IMG/VR virus record: IMGVR_UViG_3300026136_000008 | Direction: 5' to 3' (one strand) | From: a virus | DNA length: 64,000 bases | Shown here: positions 37,060 to 47,661 of the stretch, in pieces | How the letters are laid out: each line of letters begins with the position of its first letter | How positions within the stretch are numbered: the first letter of the stretch is position 1 | Made by a program: the position numbers and the translations under genes | The notes under the pieces: generated by a model | Seen by the model: only the letters and a program-made list of their open reading frames with translations | What the model was told of the DNA's origin: nothing | The model's database searches: none

Positions 37060-38733
37060 TTAATTACCTCCTGCGATTTCAGTAAACTCTACACCCGTAC
37101 GAGTAGCGATAAAGTTTAGTGTGATATAATTAATCGATCTTGCAGGTTTAACATAAATGTCTGCAACAAACTTGTTTGTGTCAATAATAGCACCAGTATT
37201 ATTAGTACCATCACAAACAACTCTAAAGTCTGTAATACCTCTACGACCCTGAACATCTCTTAAGAAAGGCTCAACCATATTTCTAAATTGTGCCCTTGTA
37301 AATTCATCATTAAATTCGAATAATGATGCTTTCGATGCTGTACTTACTGCTTCCTCAAGAACAATGAATAGTCTCCTAACATTGATTCTATCGAATGCAC
37401 TTGGCTTAGCTTGTATCGTTTTATCACCAAACAACACTGTACCTTGACCAGGGAAAGTCACTATAGGGTTAACACCTGTTTTATATAGTGCATCTCTATC
37501 CGCTTGGTTAGGGTTCCATGCTAGTTTAGTAACGTTACGAACATTACCTCTTGTAAATCCAGCCGGTGAGAACCATGCATCAGCAACTAAATCAGCGTTA
37601 GCTGTTAGTCCCGCTGTTGATCCTGCCGCACAAATCCAACGATATACATCATTGTACTTGTCATACACATATAAAGAACCACTATCTGCAAAGCCGTAAG
37701 ACGTTGAAGTTAGTCCAGTTCTCCATGTTGCTACCGTCGAGATTGGATTTGCTGCGCCAACTGTTGCCGCTCTTTCAGGAGAGACAAAGCCTACCGCATC
37801 TTTTCTTGCTGCACATAGTGCAGTTATATGATTACTTAGTGTGATATTATCACTTGCACTAAAGCCAGAATTGGCTTGGAACACTAAGTTAACATCTACT
37901 GTCTCTGCATCAGAGAAGAGATCATACGCTGTTGTAGTTTCACCTACAGTTAGCGTGTTATCTTCAATGCCGCCCGATAAGACGATAAAAAACGAAGCTA
38001 CAGCAACAAACGCATTGTTTGTGGCCGATTGACCCGCTTTAGTCATTGTTGATTTGTGGTTACCAAAATAGATCCAGTCAGATCCGTTATTAATAACATC
38101 GTGATAATATAAAGTAGAACCATCTGCATCTTTAACATCACTAGCTTGTGATAGATAAGTCCAACTTTCAAGTACTTCTCCAATATTACCGGTTATTGTA
38201 CCATCTGCGTCATAAACCCATACGTGCATTTCATCATTTGAACCACCAACTGCTGCTGCTCCAGGAGATGTTCCCGGAATTGACTCAGCATTAGCTAGCT
38301 GAAATGCTGTACCTGTTTGACCAGCAGTAAGGATTGATACACCTATTGAGTTACCTCTAACACCAGGATATCTAGCTTGCACATAGTCTCCTGCTGCAGG
38401 TGATTGACCGTCAAATACGGTCTTGTTTTGTGTTAGAATTCCAGTACCTGACGCTGTCGCGTTACGTGCTGAAGAACCAACTGCTCTGACAACTTTTAGA
38501 TTATTGCCATAGCTTAGAAATTGGCTAGCAGACAAAACACTTTCGAATGTGCTCGCATCTGGCTTTCCGAATTTCTCGACCAATTCCGTCTCTGATGTAA
38601 CAGTAACAATTTCATCAGCTGGACCCCACGTAAACGCACCGGCCATAGCTCCTATTGTTGATGATACTGACGGAACGACATTGGTCAAATCGATTTCTTT
38701 TACCTGTACTCCAGGCGAAACTAGATTAGCCAT
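37060..38733 (-). CDS. gp18: Tail sheath protein
   Basis: SPGVQVKEID, WFSPAG, FDRINVRRLF; late promoter at 38793-38800. Confidence 0.98.
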   Translation of the reverse strand: MANLVSPGVQVKEIDLTNVVPSVSSTIGAMAGAFTWGPADEIVTVTSETELVEKFGKPDASTFESVLSASQFLSYGNNLKVVRAVGSSARNATASGTGILTQNKTVFDGQSPAAGDYVQARYPGVRGNSIGVSILTAGQTGTAFQLANAESIPGTSPGAAAVGGSNDEMHVWVYDADGTITGNIGEVLESWTYLSQASDVKDADGSTLYYHDVINNGSDWIYFGNHKSTMTKAGQSATNNAFVAVASFFIVLSGGIEDNTLTVGETTTAYDLFSDAETVDVNLVFQANSGFSASDNITLSNHITALCAARKDAVGFVSPERAATVGAANPISTVATWRTGLTSTSYGFADSGSLYVYDKYNDVYRWICAAGSTAGLTANADLVADAWFSPAGFTRGNVRNVTKLAWNPNQADRDALYKTGVNPIVTFPGQGTVLFGDKTIQAKPSAFDRINVRRLFIVLEEAVSTASKASLFEFNDEFTRAQFRNMVEPFLRDVQGRRGITDFRVVCDGTNNTGAIIDTNKFVADIYVKPARSINYITLNFIATRTGVEFTEIAGGN

Positions 38734-38801
38734 CTAAACTCCTTCATATTAATTATAAGATTTATTCATAATAAGGTTTTTCTCAATATACTTATTTATA
38801 C

Positions 38802-40370
38802 TTATTTAAATCTATAGGTTTCCCATCCTACTCCGAACGGATGATTACCTTCTTCTCTTTCAGGCATAATTCCTACTGGTATGACTTCATCTTCTAATTG
38901 TTTAACTTTTTCTTTATATAACATGTTTTTCATATTTACATCTGTTGATTCTGCAAAGAACTGAGTGGATGTAAACCATCCAAACATCACTAAATTCATC
39001 ATGAGATCATCATGTGAGTTATGATCTGCCTGATATGATGTACCCTTTGCTACAAATGTACTCATTTCTCTTATAGTTTCTTCATCTTTTATTATTAATT
39101 TTTTCTGTGCCATGATGTCTCTTATATTAGAACAGCCTATACGTTTAGTTTTAGCTGTCATAGTAACACCGATTGCATTTGCTTTTACCATAGACTCTAC
39201 AAATACGTTTTCATATTCTAAATCATAATATAAACCATTACATACAACTTGTCCTGCATCGTTTGATTCAACTACTACATGAGCCTCGTTATAATGATTA
39301 GCATATTTGTATAACAGGTCAGGAAATAGTAATGGGCTTATCATATTATCTCGATATGTACATACCTGTACAAATGGATTAACACTTACATCTATGATTG
39401 TAAATGTTGAATAGTCTTGTCCTCTACCTCTCGATACATCAACAAACATATGATAATTATGGCCTTCTTGAGGATGGTCAAAGATCTTTACATTATTCTG
39501 AAACTCTAAAGGATTTGTAGCTCTTAACGCCAATAAGACATCGGCAGTAATTAATGTGTTTCCTGTACCGTGAAAACTATTACCGAATTCCTGGTCAAAC
39601 TGGAGTTCGGATGTGTTCTCAATCGTCATCTTCTTCCATGCTTCATCTCTTCCAGGAACATCCCACCAGTCTACTCGAGTCGGTGTAAATTCGTTTGTAC
39701 CTTGTATTGCACCTTCATATAGTTTATGAAACATATTACCTATGCCATTGGCTGTGGATGTGATAATAATCTTAGATGTTTTACCAGATGAGATAACTGG
39801 ATATGTTGATGTATAAAATTCTGCAGCATTTTCTACAAATGCAAACTCATCGAGGTAAACAAGATTAAGTGACATACCACGAATAGAGCTTGATGATGTA
39901 GCTGCTGCGATGATTCTACTATTATTAGAGAATCCTATAGATCCTTTATTGAGTGCAGTACATCCTGGTTGTAGAAAGAATGGTAGATTTTCTAACATCA
40001 GAGTAATACGTGCTAACATTTCTCTTGCAATAGCATTCTTATTTGCAAGTACACCTACAACTTGTTCACCAAAGAATATAGCATACCATAAAAGATACGC
40101 GACCACAGCAATGGATTTACCACTCTGGCGGCATGCCAGAACTATATTAAAACGATTGCGGGTAAATGTATCAAACATTTCCTCTTGATACGGGTATAGG
40201 TCAAAGGGTATTAAACCTTTGTCGAGGTGGATTACTTTACAATACTTTTTAGCGAAATATTTAGGGTCATCTAAACACTTCTTGTATTCTATTAATTCCT
40301 CTTTAGTCCATGGATGTTCTACATCGGCACCCCGAACATTCGGATTGCCTAAGTAGTTTGTTTCTCTCAT
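38802..40370 (-). CDS. gp17: Terminase large subunit
   Basis: RQSGKS, YLDEFAF, STANG, DVSRG, HDDLMM. Confidence 0.98.
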   Translation of the reverse strand: MRETNYLGNPNVRGADVEHPWTKEELIEYKKCLDDPKYFAKKYCKVIHLDKGLIPFDLYPYQEEMFDTFTRNRFNIVLACRQSGKSIAVVAYLLWYAIFFGEQVVGVLANKNAIAREMLARITLMLENLPFFLQPGCTALNKGSIGFSNNSRIIAAATSSSSIRGMSLNLVYLDEFAFVENAAEFYTSTYPVISSGKTSKIIITSTANGIGNMFHKLYEGAIQGTNEFTPTRVDWWDVPGRDEAWKKMTIENTSELQFDQEFGNSFHGTGNTLITADVLLALRATNPLEFQNNVKIFDHPQEGHNYHMFVDVSRGRGQDYSTFTIIDVSVNPFVQVCTYRDNMISPLLFPDLLYKYANHYNEAHVVVESNDAGQVVCNGLYYDLEYENVFVESMVKANAIGVTMTAKTKRIGCSNIRDIMAQKKLIIKDEETIREMSTFVAKGTSYQADHNSHDDLMMNLVMFGWFTSTQFFAESTDVNMKNMLYKEKVKQLEDEVIPVGIMPEREEGNHPFGVGWETYRFK

Positions 40371-40786
40371 TTTTCAAATAAGTCCGGTTCTGTTTCTATT
40401 ACCTTTTCATCACGTAACATCTTTTGTAGCTCTGCTGTGCTACCTATAAAAACATTATTATTCGTTGGTGCTTGTTGAGCAATTGCAGGAACATCTTCTT
40501 TATCCTGTTCTTTCTTGCTCTTGTGAAGCTTTAAAACTTTTTCACCTATCTCAGCGTTTTGTTTAATTAATTGCCCAAGAACTTCAAAAGCTCTTGGGTG
40601 CTCAGACTCACGTGCAAGTTCCATCATAAGCTCTATAGCTTCTTCACCTTGCGTTGACAAATCAAATAAATCTCTACGGACTCTTTCGAAGTCCTGATCG
40701 ATTTTACTTTTCGTGCCAGTCAATGTGGGCTTCTGGATTCTCGTCTCCGTGCTCATGGTCGTCGTCGTGTTCTTGTGGGTTTTCAT
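40367..40786 (-). CDS. gp16: Terminase small subunit
   Basis: ESEHPRAFEV, NNNVFIGSTAELQKML; start uncertain. Confidence 0.9.
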   Translation of the reverse strand: MKTHKNTTTTMSTETRIQKPTLTGTKSKIDQDFERVRRDLFDLSTQGEEAIELMMELARESEHPRAFEVLGQLIKQNAEIGEKVLKLHKSKKEQDKEDVPAIAQQAPTNNNVFIGSTAELQKMLRDEKVIETEPDLFEK

Positions 40787-41183
40787 AATATGTATTCCAT
40801 AATTCTAATACACCATGCTTCGTGCGGCTTTCTTCTTTATTGCCACCTTCGTATGGTATAGCTAATTGTTCTTCAATAAGACTTTGGTTAGCATCTTTGC
40901 CATTAACCTCAATCGTACCAAGTACTCTTCCGAATTTACCTTTCTCCATATCTTCGGTTACTAGAGTAAAATGGCCATCAGTTTCTGCCAATAATTCAAT
41001 TAATCTATGCTTAGCAGCGAGTCCCCATGATTTCTCTGCTAAATTTCTTGTTCTACTCTCAGGTGTATCTATACCCATTAAACGGATGCGATCCCTCATG
41101 AATACAGAAAAACCTAATTCTATATCTGCATCGATGGTATCTCCATCGACAACCTTTACTAATCGTGCATTAAATCTGTACAT
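40704..41183 (-). CDS. Thermonuclease (SNase-like)
   Basis: VVDGDTID, RIRLMGIDTPES, GKFGRVLG. Confidence 0.9.
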   Translation of the reverse strand: MYRFNARLVKVVDGDTIDADIELGFSVFMRDRIRLMGIDTPESRTRNLAEKSWGLAAKHRLIELLAETDGHFTLVTEDMEKGKFGRVLGTIEVNGKDANQSLIEEQLAIPYEGGNKEESRTKHGVLELWNTYYENPQEHDDDHEHGDENPEAHIDWHEK

Positions 41184-41194
41184 TCTATTCTCCT

Positions 41195-41962
41195 CTATAC
41201 ATCAGTGTCAAAAAAGTTAATCGTTTCGGTATATGGCTCTTTAAAACCTCCCGCACCATCAGATGTGGTTCTACCGTCTATTGCTAACGTCTCAAATTTA
41301 TGAGTAGTAGGATCAACATTTTCTGAAAAATCAACTTCTGTTTGGAGAATTTGTTTGCTCTTACCAATACCTCTATAATAACGAATACGAGTTGAGAAAT
41401 CTAATGTGTATATAATAGCTCTCCTCGTAACTAAATCACCCTCATACTCATCATTTAAGGTAACACCCTCTAATACAATAGGAGTGTCTGTTTTAATATC
41501 CATTGTAGGAATATCTTTTATTGTTACTGTATATTCTGGCTGGAACATTGGAAGTATCTGCTCTAATAACTGTAGACCTTCATCTTGGGTTGCAGCCATA
41601 ATATTTAATTCGAATCCAACTTTATAAACAGCGGGTGCTCCGAGTTTATTTAATTGTAATGTGTCCCCTGTTATAACCTTCTTATAATTTTTATGTTTAG
41701 ACACACGCGCATTTGCATCATATTCCATAGACGTTATTTCAAATGACAACCTAGGTAAATTAATTGCTAGCTTAGGATCACTTGTTTGTTCTGCCATTCT
41801 TGCCAATACTTTTTGGCGTGGAGCATAAGCTAAAGGAACTTTAATTTTTTGTAATACTTTACCGGCCGAATCTGTTTTAACAACTTCTAAGTCATTAAAT
41901 AAAGATCCAAAGACAGAAACCATTCTGCGAGTTGATTGATTATAAAAATGATTAGAAAACAT
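41195..41962 (-). CDS. gp15: Tail sheath stabilizer/terminator
   Basis: FGSLFNDL, KVPLAYAP, LPRLSFE, EQILPMFQP. Confidence 0.95.
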   Translation of the reverse strand: MFSNHFYNQSTRRMVSVFGSLFNDLEVVKTDSAGKVLQKIKVPLAYAPRQKVLARMAEQTSDPKLAINLPRLSFEITSMEYDANARVSKHKNYKKVITGDTLQLNKLGAPAVYKVGFELNIMAATQDEGLQLLEQILPMFQPEYTVTIKDIPTMDIKTDTPIVLEGVTLNDEYEGDLVTRRAIIYTLDFSTRIRYYRGIGKSKQILQTEVDFSENVDPTTHKFETLAIDGRTTSDGAGGFKEPYTETINFFDTDV

Positions 41963-42909
41963 TATGGATCTCCAAACGGATTAGTTTCTGAGAAATCAAT
42001 AATGTCATCACCTAACAATTCAAAATCATCATTATCTGCATATACACTAGTGTTATATTCAGTCTTAGTAGTGCCTGTTAAGTCTACTGTAATTTGTCTT
42101 GAGCTGCCGGATTTTTGACCGACAAGTAATCTTGTAGCATGTACAGCATTTTGCATAAATGTACCGTCACCATTTGTTGATTGATGTGGAGATACAAGTG
42201 TGACTGTATATGTTGTATCATTTACATATTCGTATCCAGCAACCTTTGCAATTATATTAATAGCATCACCATTACCATCAACACTTCCTGTATCTTGATG
42301 GACATATTCTCCAATTTCAAAATGATTAGTATCAGATGCAGCCGTAGTTGTGTATGAATAAGAGTTTGCATGTTTTAATTCTATATCATCAATCTCTGGC
42401 ATACCAGTATCAAAATTCTGATCATTATATTCAAACAACTCAGCTGTTAGAGTATATGTAGGTAGATCTGCTATTTGGAAGAATGGTAGTTTAGGTTCTA
42501 CATATTTGATTTCAAATAACCTATCAGTCATTGGCATGTATACAAGATCACCTTCACCAGGTTTAGATAATAATTGATGACCTTGTGCTGTAGAAAGATT
42601 TACACCTACAATATGGTCCCAACGTTTCTTAGGTATTACAAATGTACCTTGGTCACGAATCTCTAAACCAAATTTATTTAATAGATTACCATCACCTTCA
42701 AATCCTTCAGTGTTCTCTATAAAGCATTCTATTGGATAGGCGGAACGATATTGATTATATGTTTCGTTTAAGATTGCATCTTCGTATATCTGTTCACGCG
42801 GAATGTATATAACATCTTGACCAAACATTTTAATGCTTTCAAGTACTAAATCTTCGTAAAGGTCCTGCTCAGATCGTACAGCACCGTTAAAATATACACT
42901 AGTTGCCAT
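41962..42909 (-). CDS. gp14: Neck protein
   Basis: ESIKMFGQDVIYIPR, KFGLEIRD, PGEGDL, DFSETNPFG. Confidence 0.95.
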   Translation of the reverse strand: MATSVYFNGAVRSEQDLYEDLVLESIKMFGQDVIYIPREQIYEDAILNETYNQYRSAYPIECFIENTEGFEGDGNLLNKFGLEIRDQGTFVIPKKRWDHIVGVNLSTAQGHQLLSKPGEGDLVYMPMTDRLFEIKYVEPKLPFFQIADLPTYTLTAELFEYNDQNFDTGMPEIDDIELKHANSYSYTTTAASDTNHFEIGEYVHQDTGSVDGNGDAINIIAKVAGYEYVNDTTYTVTLVSPHQSTNGDGTFMQNAVHATRLLVGQKSGSSRQITVDLTGTTKTEYNTSVYADNDDFELLGDDIIDFSETNPFGDP

Positions 42910-42912
42910 TTA

Positions 42913-43656
42913 TTATCCCATTATGAAGTTGTCAGGAGTCATCCATGCCAACCTGCATTCTTCTTCTAATTCTTTTATTTCCTCTATGGCATCATCAAAC
43001 ATTTGACGGCCATTCAATGTTATACCACCTGGCAATTGGAAGCCTTCGAATTTCATCATGTTCGCTCCCCATTGACGTTTAATTAATGCGGTAAGATATT
43101 TCTTTAAAAAGTGATCGTTAAAAACATCAGTGTATGTTGAAGGATCTAAAATAGAATATACTTCTAATACAATATACTCACCAGCAGCTAGTCCGCCAAA
43201 TCCTTCATCCATATGTATTCTATTCATATGTCTACTAAATCTTATATGCTCTTGGCTATTTAATCTGTGGTCAACTAACGATAATTTTTGTTGAGACATT
43301 TCATATTCTTGCATTTGAGTGCTTAAACCTTGTAATAAGAATATATCATTTTGTCTCATATGATAACCCATATCAAATAATGAACTACCTGTTGTTGCAT
43401 TAATTTTAAGCATGCGTACTACAGATGTAACCGAATCATTTAAAGTAATATAATTATTTGTTATATCAGATGCAGTAAGCTCATGCTTTATATATTCACG
43501 AATTACACCATCAGAATGGTATTCTTGATAGAATTGTAATGCATCGTCAGTACGATCTTCAATTTGGTCATCGTCCACGTTGACTTCTATCACTGGAGAT
43601 CCTAATGATCTCAAGCAATATTCTTGTAACGTAGCTCTCGAGTTCGGTTTTGCCAT
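42913..43656 (-). CDS. gp13: Neck protein
   Basis: LRSLGSPVIEVNV, KRQWGANM.KF.G.QLPGG; late promoter at 43680-43687. Confidence 0.95.
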   Translation of the reverse strand: MAKPNSRATLQEYCLRSLGSPVIEVNVDDDQIEDRTDDALQFYQEYHSDGVIREYIKHELTASDITNNYITLNDSVTSVVRMLKINATTGSSLFDMGYHMRQNDIFLLQGLSTQMQEYEMSQQKLSLVDHRLNSQEHIRFSRHMNRIHMDEGFGGLAAGEYIVLEVYSILDPSTYTDVFNDHFLKKYLTALIKRQWGANMMKFEGFQLPGGITLNGRQMFDDAIEEIKELEEECRLAWMTPDNFIMG

Positions 43657-43693
43657 GATGTTTCCTTGTTATATAGACTTATTTATATAAAAC

Positions 43694-44524
43694 CTACCAC
43701 CCAAACCGCGCTTTGATAGTGTCAATTAGTCCACTATATCGTGATTTTTCTATTTCTTTTAAAAGCGAATCCGCTAAAAGAGCTCCTGGAAGCACATCTT
43801 TTAATTGGATAGTTGTTTGTTCCGCGGTTCTATAATGTACTGTAAAGAATCCAGTCAATCTATTCAATGTTGCAGCGTCTGGATTTGTATGGTGATTATT
43901 TGTATATAAATCTTTTGCTGCTGTTACATCACCAAAGGATAACAGTCTAAAATTAGAGTCTTTAGATTTTTTACTATGTAAATGCACAAATGCTAACGCT
44001 AATTGTTGGTCATACGTTAATGCATTTAATTCGGTCTCATGATGATATGTGCCGTTATCTATTTTTTGTTTTAGGTTAGATATAAAGAATGGCGTACTAA
44101 TAGTTCCTAATGGACGACTATACGGTTTCCATGTTCTTACATCTTTCCTTGCATTAAATCTATCTAAATGCCCAATGTATCTATTCACTGCGGTTTCTAC
44201 AGAGTCAACCGTAAACTGTACATAACCATATGCTGTAGTGCTACTTGCCGCTGCATCTTTTTTCCAATCTGATTCTATACCAACTAACTCATCCATAAAC
44301 CATAATACATTACCTTCAAACGCATGATATTTAAAATCATCAAGTTCTGCTTGAGTGAAATATCCTTGAGATGATGTTTGGAATCTTCGTATATCGTCGT
44401 ATACTAGTTGTGTTGCCTGGGTTAAGAATGAACCAGGTGATTCTCTTAGATTTGCTTTCGCAGAATAGTCATCGGCTGTCGAGACGAAGCGAATCGTTGC
44501 TTGAGTTGGTATTGATACTGCCAT
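43694..44524 (-). CDS. Hypothetical virion protein with lysozyme/lytic-transglycosylase-like motifs
   Basis: GIESDW...TAYGYVQF resembles the SLT ES and GxxQ motifs. Confidence 0.45.
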   Translation of the reverse strand: MAVSIPTQATIRFVSTADDYSAKANLRESPGSFLTQATQLVYDDIRRFQTSSQGYFTQAELDDFKYHAFEGNVLWFMDELVGIESDWKKDAAASSTTAYGYVQFTVDSVETAVNRYIGHLDRFNARKDVRTWKPYSRPLGTISTPFFISNLKQKIDNGTYHHETELNALTYDQQLALAFVHLHSKKSKDSNFRLLSFGDVTAAKDLYTNNHHTNPDAATLNRLTGFFTVHYRTAEQTTIQLKDVLPGALLADSLLKEIEKSRYSGLIDTIKARFGW

Positions 44525-44541
44525 AATTAAAAAGGCAAGAG

Positions 44542-44832
44542 CTAACTTGATTTTTTTCTCGTCGGGGCATTCCGTCTTTGATTTACATCTTTCGCATCAA
44601 TGCCCATCTTTGCGGCATCCCCATATTTTTTCATAGTCTTTTTCAGATAAGCTTGTTTTTTAGCTCTACGAGCAGCTGGACTTAATTCATCTAAGTCATG
44701 TACATAACCCATCTTCTTCATCTTTATATGGTCATCATGTGTTTTTGCTTTATAACCCTTCTTTGTTTTAGGGTCATACATCATATGAGGTACAAACTCG
44801 TCTTTATTTTCGAATGCTTTAAATGATTTCAT
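44542..44832 (-). CDS. Small basic protein, putative internal head protein
   Basis: MKSFKAFE leader; Lys-rich. Confidence 0.55.
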   Translation of the reverse strand: MKSFKAFENKDEFVPHMMYDPKTKKGYKAKTHDDHIKMKKMGYVHDLDELSPAARRAKKQAYLKKTMKKYGDAAKMGIDAKDVNQRRNAPTRKKSS

Positions 44833-44834
44833 AC

Positions 44835-45266
44835 TTATACTTTATCAGCCAAATCTTTATCAGCTCCACCCCATGTACCTTTAGATTTTGTTACAAATGA
44901 GTTTACTCTTGCATGGCCCCACTGTTCAGGTGTTGTTCCAGGTCTATGACCACTCTTCCACGCAGCAACACCACGATTATAAACTTGTCTTAAAATGCTA
45001 ACTGGCATACCAGAAGCTTTAGCTTTCTTTGCTAATGACTTATCTTCTTTACCTTCATATACATCAGGATACATCTTCTGCATCTTTGTTGTATGGGTAG
45101 ACTTACGAGTCTTTGCTGTTTTATCTCCTACCGCTGGCTTATATGCATTTGGATCATCGTCATCCATCTTGGCTTGCTTTTTAAATTGAGCTTGCCTCTT
45201 TGCTTTACTTGATTTAGATAATCCTGAATGATATGCATCATTCTCAAACATCTTAAAACTTTTCAT
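44835..45266 (-). CDS. DUF5824-like basic protein, putative internal head protein
   Basis: LRQVYNRGVAAWKSGHRPGTTPEQWGHARVNSF; MKSFKMFE leader. Confidence 0.65.
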   Translation of the reverse strand: MKSFKMFENDAYHSGLSKSSKAKRQAQFKKQAKMDDDDPNAYKPAVGDKTAKTRKSTHTTKMQKMYPDVYEGKEDKSLAKKAKASGMPVSILRQVYNRGVAAWKSGHRPGTTPEQWGHARVNSFVTKSKGTWGGADKDLADKV

Positions 45267-47266
45267 TAGTAACTCCTACGAGCCATTAACTCTTTCTTTT
45301 TCTTCTTACCTGCATTAGGTGCCATATCAACATGGCCATCACCAGCATTATTTGCTGCTGCATCTTCAGGTAATTTTTTACCAAACATAACTGAGTTTGC
45401 GGCTGCTAAAACAGTATCTACTTCACCGTCATAATCATAACGTGCATCAAGTTCAGCTTGGTGTTTCTTCTTTTCTTGTTTAGCTTTTGCTTTTTCACGT
45501 TTAATCTTTGCAGCTTCTTGTCTCTTTAATGCTTCTTTAAAACCTTTTGTTCTGCGATCTACAGTAGCTTCATTGACATCTTCAGTTCTCATACCCATAG
45601 CACCTAAAAATTTATGGACATCATCACCTTTACCCCAAACTGATATATCACCATCCTTATCATTACGTATAGTAACCTTATGCTTTTTCATTAATTTATC
45701 TTGTTTAGGAGTAAGCACTAATGTATCACCATCAACTTTAATTTTTAAAGCTTTTGCAGTAGTAACCTTTGTTGATTTATCATTATTACCTTTAAGCTTC
45801 TTATGCATGTACTCTTTGTCATGAGCCATCTGGCCTTTAGACATTGCTTCGTTAACAGATTCATTAGCCTTTCTAAGAATATCCATTACAACTGGATTAT
45901 CGCCTAAACCTTTTTTAAGCTTTTCAATATCTTTTAAAGCTCTTTCCATATCACCAGAATGCTTTTTCGCAATAGCTTTAACCTTTCTTTGAGTTAAAGC
46001 ATCTAATACAGGATATGCTTTATCTAATTTAGCACCTTTAACAGGTGGCATTTCTTTAGCACCACGACGAGCTTTCTCACGTGATCTCTTACTAGCGCCT
46101 GACAAACCAATGCTACGTGTAGAAAACATTTCATTAACTGATTCAAGCTTAATAGCTTTTTTAACTAACTCGACTTCTTTAGGAGTAAGAGATACACCAG
46201 CAACATCATCAACATATTCATCTTTCTCTTTTTTATCTGTAATATTATTTCTGCGTATAGCAGCAAGAGCTAAATCAAATATCTTTTTTGATGGTTTATT
46301 TAATTTTTTAGAAAACCGATTAGCTTCTTCAACTGATTCATCACGTTGCTTATTAGTTATATTGCTAGCTCCTTTATACTCAGGTGTGATATGATTATAG
46401 GTTTTTTTAATATCATCCTTTGACATTCCCATAGCCATAGCAAATTTATGAAGATCTTTTGGCTTACCAGCAACCCATCTAGGATCTCTTTTATCAACTG
46501 TTACATTAAATTTTTTCTTCAATGCAGCCCATTTTGATTTAGGTGCAAACTTTGCTGCACGCAATTTCGATAAATGAATCTCAGATTCGTTCATGTGACC
46601 ACAAGCACCTTCTTCATGCATCTTACCGCAATGCTCACACATGACCATCTTCTCGTTCATATCATAAGCTTCTTCTAATGCATCACCCGAGACTTTATTT
46701 TGACGAATAATGCTTAAAGGCTTTGGGTAGTGACTCTCCAATAACTCTGGGAATAGATCTTCGATATCCTCATCATCCATACCGTAATCGTCAGATGTTA
46801 ACCATGCAATAATTTTCTTTTTATCACCTGATACAAATGCTTGTCCATCACCTTTACCTTTGATGTTAATCTTCCATTTAGTAGAATCAAATTTAATATC
46901 TTTTCTATCACCCATGTAATCGATATCAATTGCATCTCTTGGTGCTAGCTTACCACGACCAGCCTTTGCAATAAGCTTACTTAAAGCTTCTGTTACCTGG
47001 CTAGCAGCTTTATCAGCTTGGTCTTCATCTGCATCTGCGTCAGTGTCAGGATCTAAATTATCTGGATCATCATAACGTTCATTCTTTTCAGGCTTCTCGT
47101 TATCTCCATCCCACCCAGCATCTAGCGCATCGTAAAATTTCTTCTTTTTATCACCTTCTAATTCGCTAGGCGATGATACTCCAAACTTTTTAAGAAGAGA
47201 ATTGAAGAATTTTTGGTAGGCTTCTTTGCCACCGGATGCTTCTCTAATTTGTTTAAGTGATTTCAT
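45266..47266 (-). CDS. Large Lys-rich modular protein, putative internal head polyprotein
   Basis: MKSLKQIRE leader; recurrent ESVEE/ESVNE/EDVNE motifs between basic modules. Confidence 0.6.
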   Translation of the reverse strand: MKSLKQIREASGGKEAYQKFFNSLLKKFGVSSPSELEGDKKKKFYDALDAGWDGDNEKPEKNERYDDPDNLDPDTDADADEDQADKAASQVTEALSKLIAKAGRGKLAPRDAIDIDYMGDRKDIKFDSTKWKINIKGKGDGQAFVSGDKKKIIAWLTSDDYGMDDEDIEDLFPELLESHYPKPLSIIRQNKVSGDALEEAYDMNEKMVMCEHCGKMHEEGACGHMNESEIHLSKLRAAKFAPKSKWAALKKKFNVTVDKRDPRWVAGKPKDLHKFAMAMGMSKDDIKKTYNHITPEYKGASNITNKQRDESVEEANRFSKKLNKPSKKIFDLALAAIRRNNITDKKEKDEYVDDVAGVSLTPKEVELVKKAIKLESVNEMFSTRSIGLSGASKRSREKARRGAKEMPPVKGAKLDKAYPVLDALTQRKVKAIAKKHSGDMERALKDIEKLKKGLGDNPVVMDILRKANESVNEAMSKGQMAHDKEYMHKKLKGNNDKSTKVTTAKALKIKVDGDTLVLTPKQDKLMKKHKVTIRNDKDGDISVWGKGDDVHKFLGAMGMRTEDVNEATVDRRTKGFKEALKRQEAAKIKREKAKAKQEKKKHQAELDARYDYDGEVDTVLAAANSVMFGKKLPEDAAANNAGDGHVDMAPNAGKKKKKELMARRSY

Positions 47267-47268
47267 AT

Positions 47269-47619
47269 TTAGTTCCTTGTGTCTTGTTCGAAATGATTTG
47301 TCATCATTACTTCCATTTTAGTTAATTTTATCATGATCTCATTGTACCTTTCAGTACTACTCAATCTGAATTCTGTATTTACTTTAACATCATCAACGAT
47401 GTTCATTTGAGTATTTGTTATTTCAGATGCCCACCAAACCGCTGTCATTGTTTGACCGATGAGTGTAATAAATAACGCAAACCCAGCATTTCTAATCCAA
47501 TTAGGAACTCTTACACTTCGCTCTCGCCAAGAGTCCAATTCTTTTTCTTGACGTTGTAAAGCAGCGTGCATTCTCTCTAATTTATTCTCGATTTCGAGAA
47601 GTTTTACATCTGAATCCAT
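47269..47619 (-). CDS. Single-TM coiled-coil protein
   Basis: Central hydrophobic helix; late promoter at 47651-47658. Confidence 0.6.
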   Translation of the reverse strand: MDSDVKLLEIENKLERMHAALQRQEKELDSWRERSVRVPNWIRNAGFALFITLIGQTMTAVWWASEITNTQMNIVDDVKVNTEFRLSSTERYNEIMIKLTKMEVMMTNHFEQDTRN

Positions 47620-47661
47620 TTATTTTCCCGAAATTGAGTTCCTATGAATGTATTTATACAA

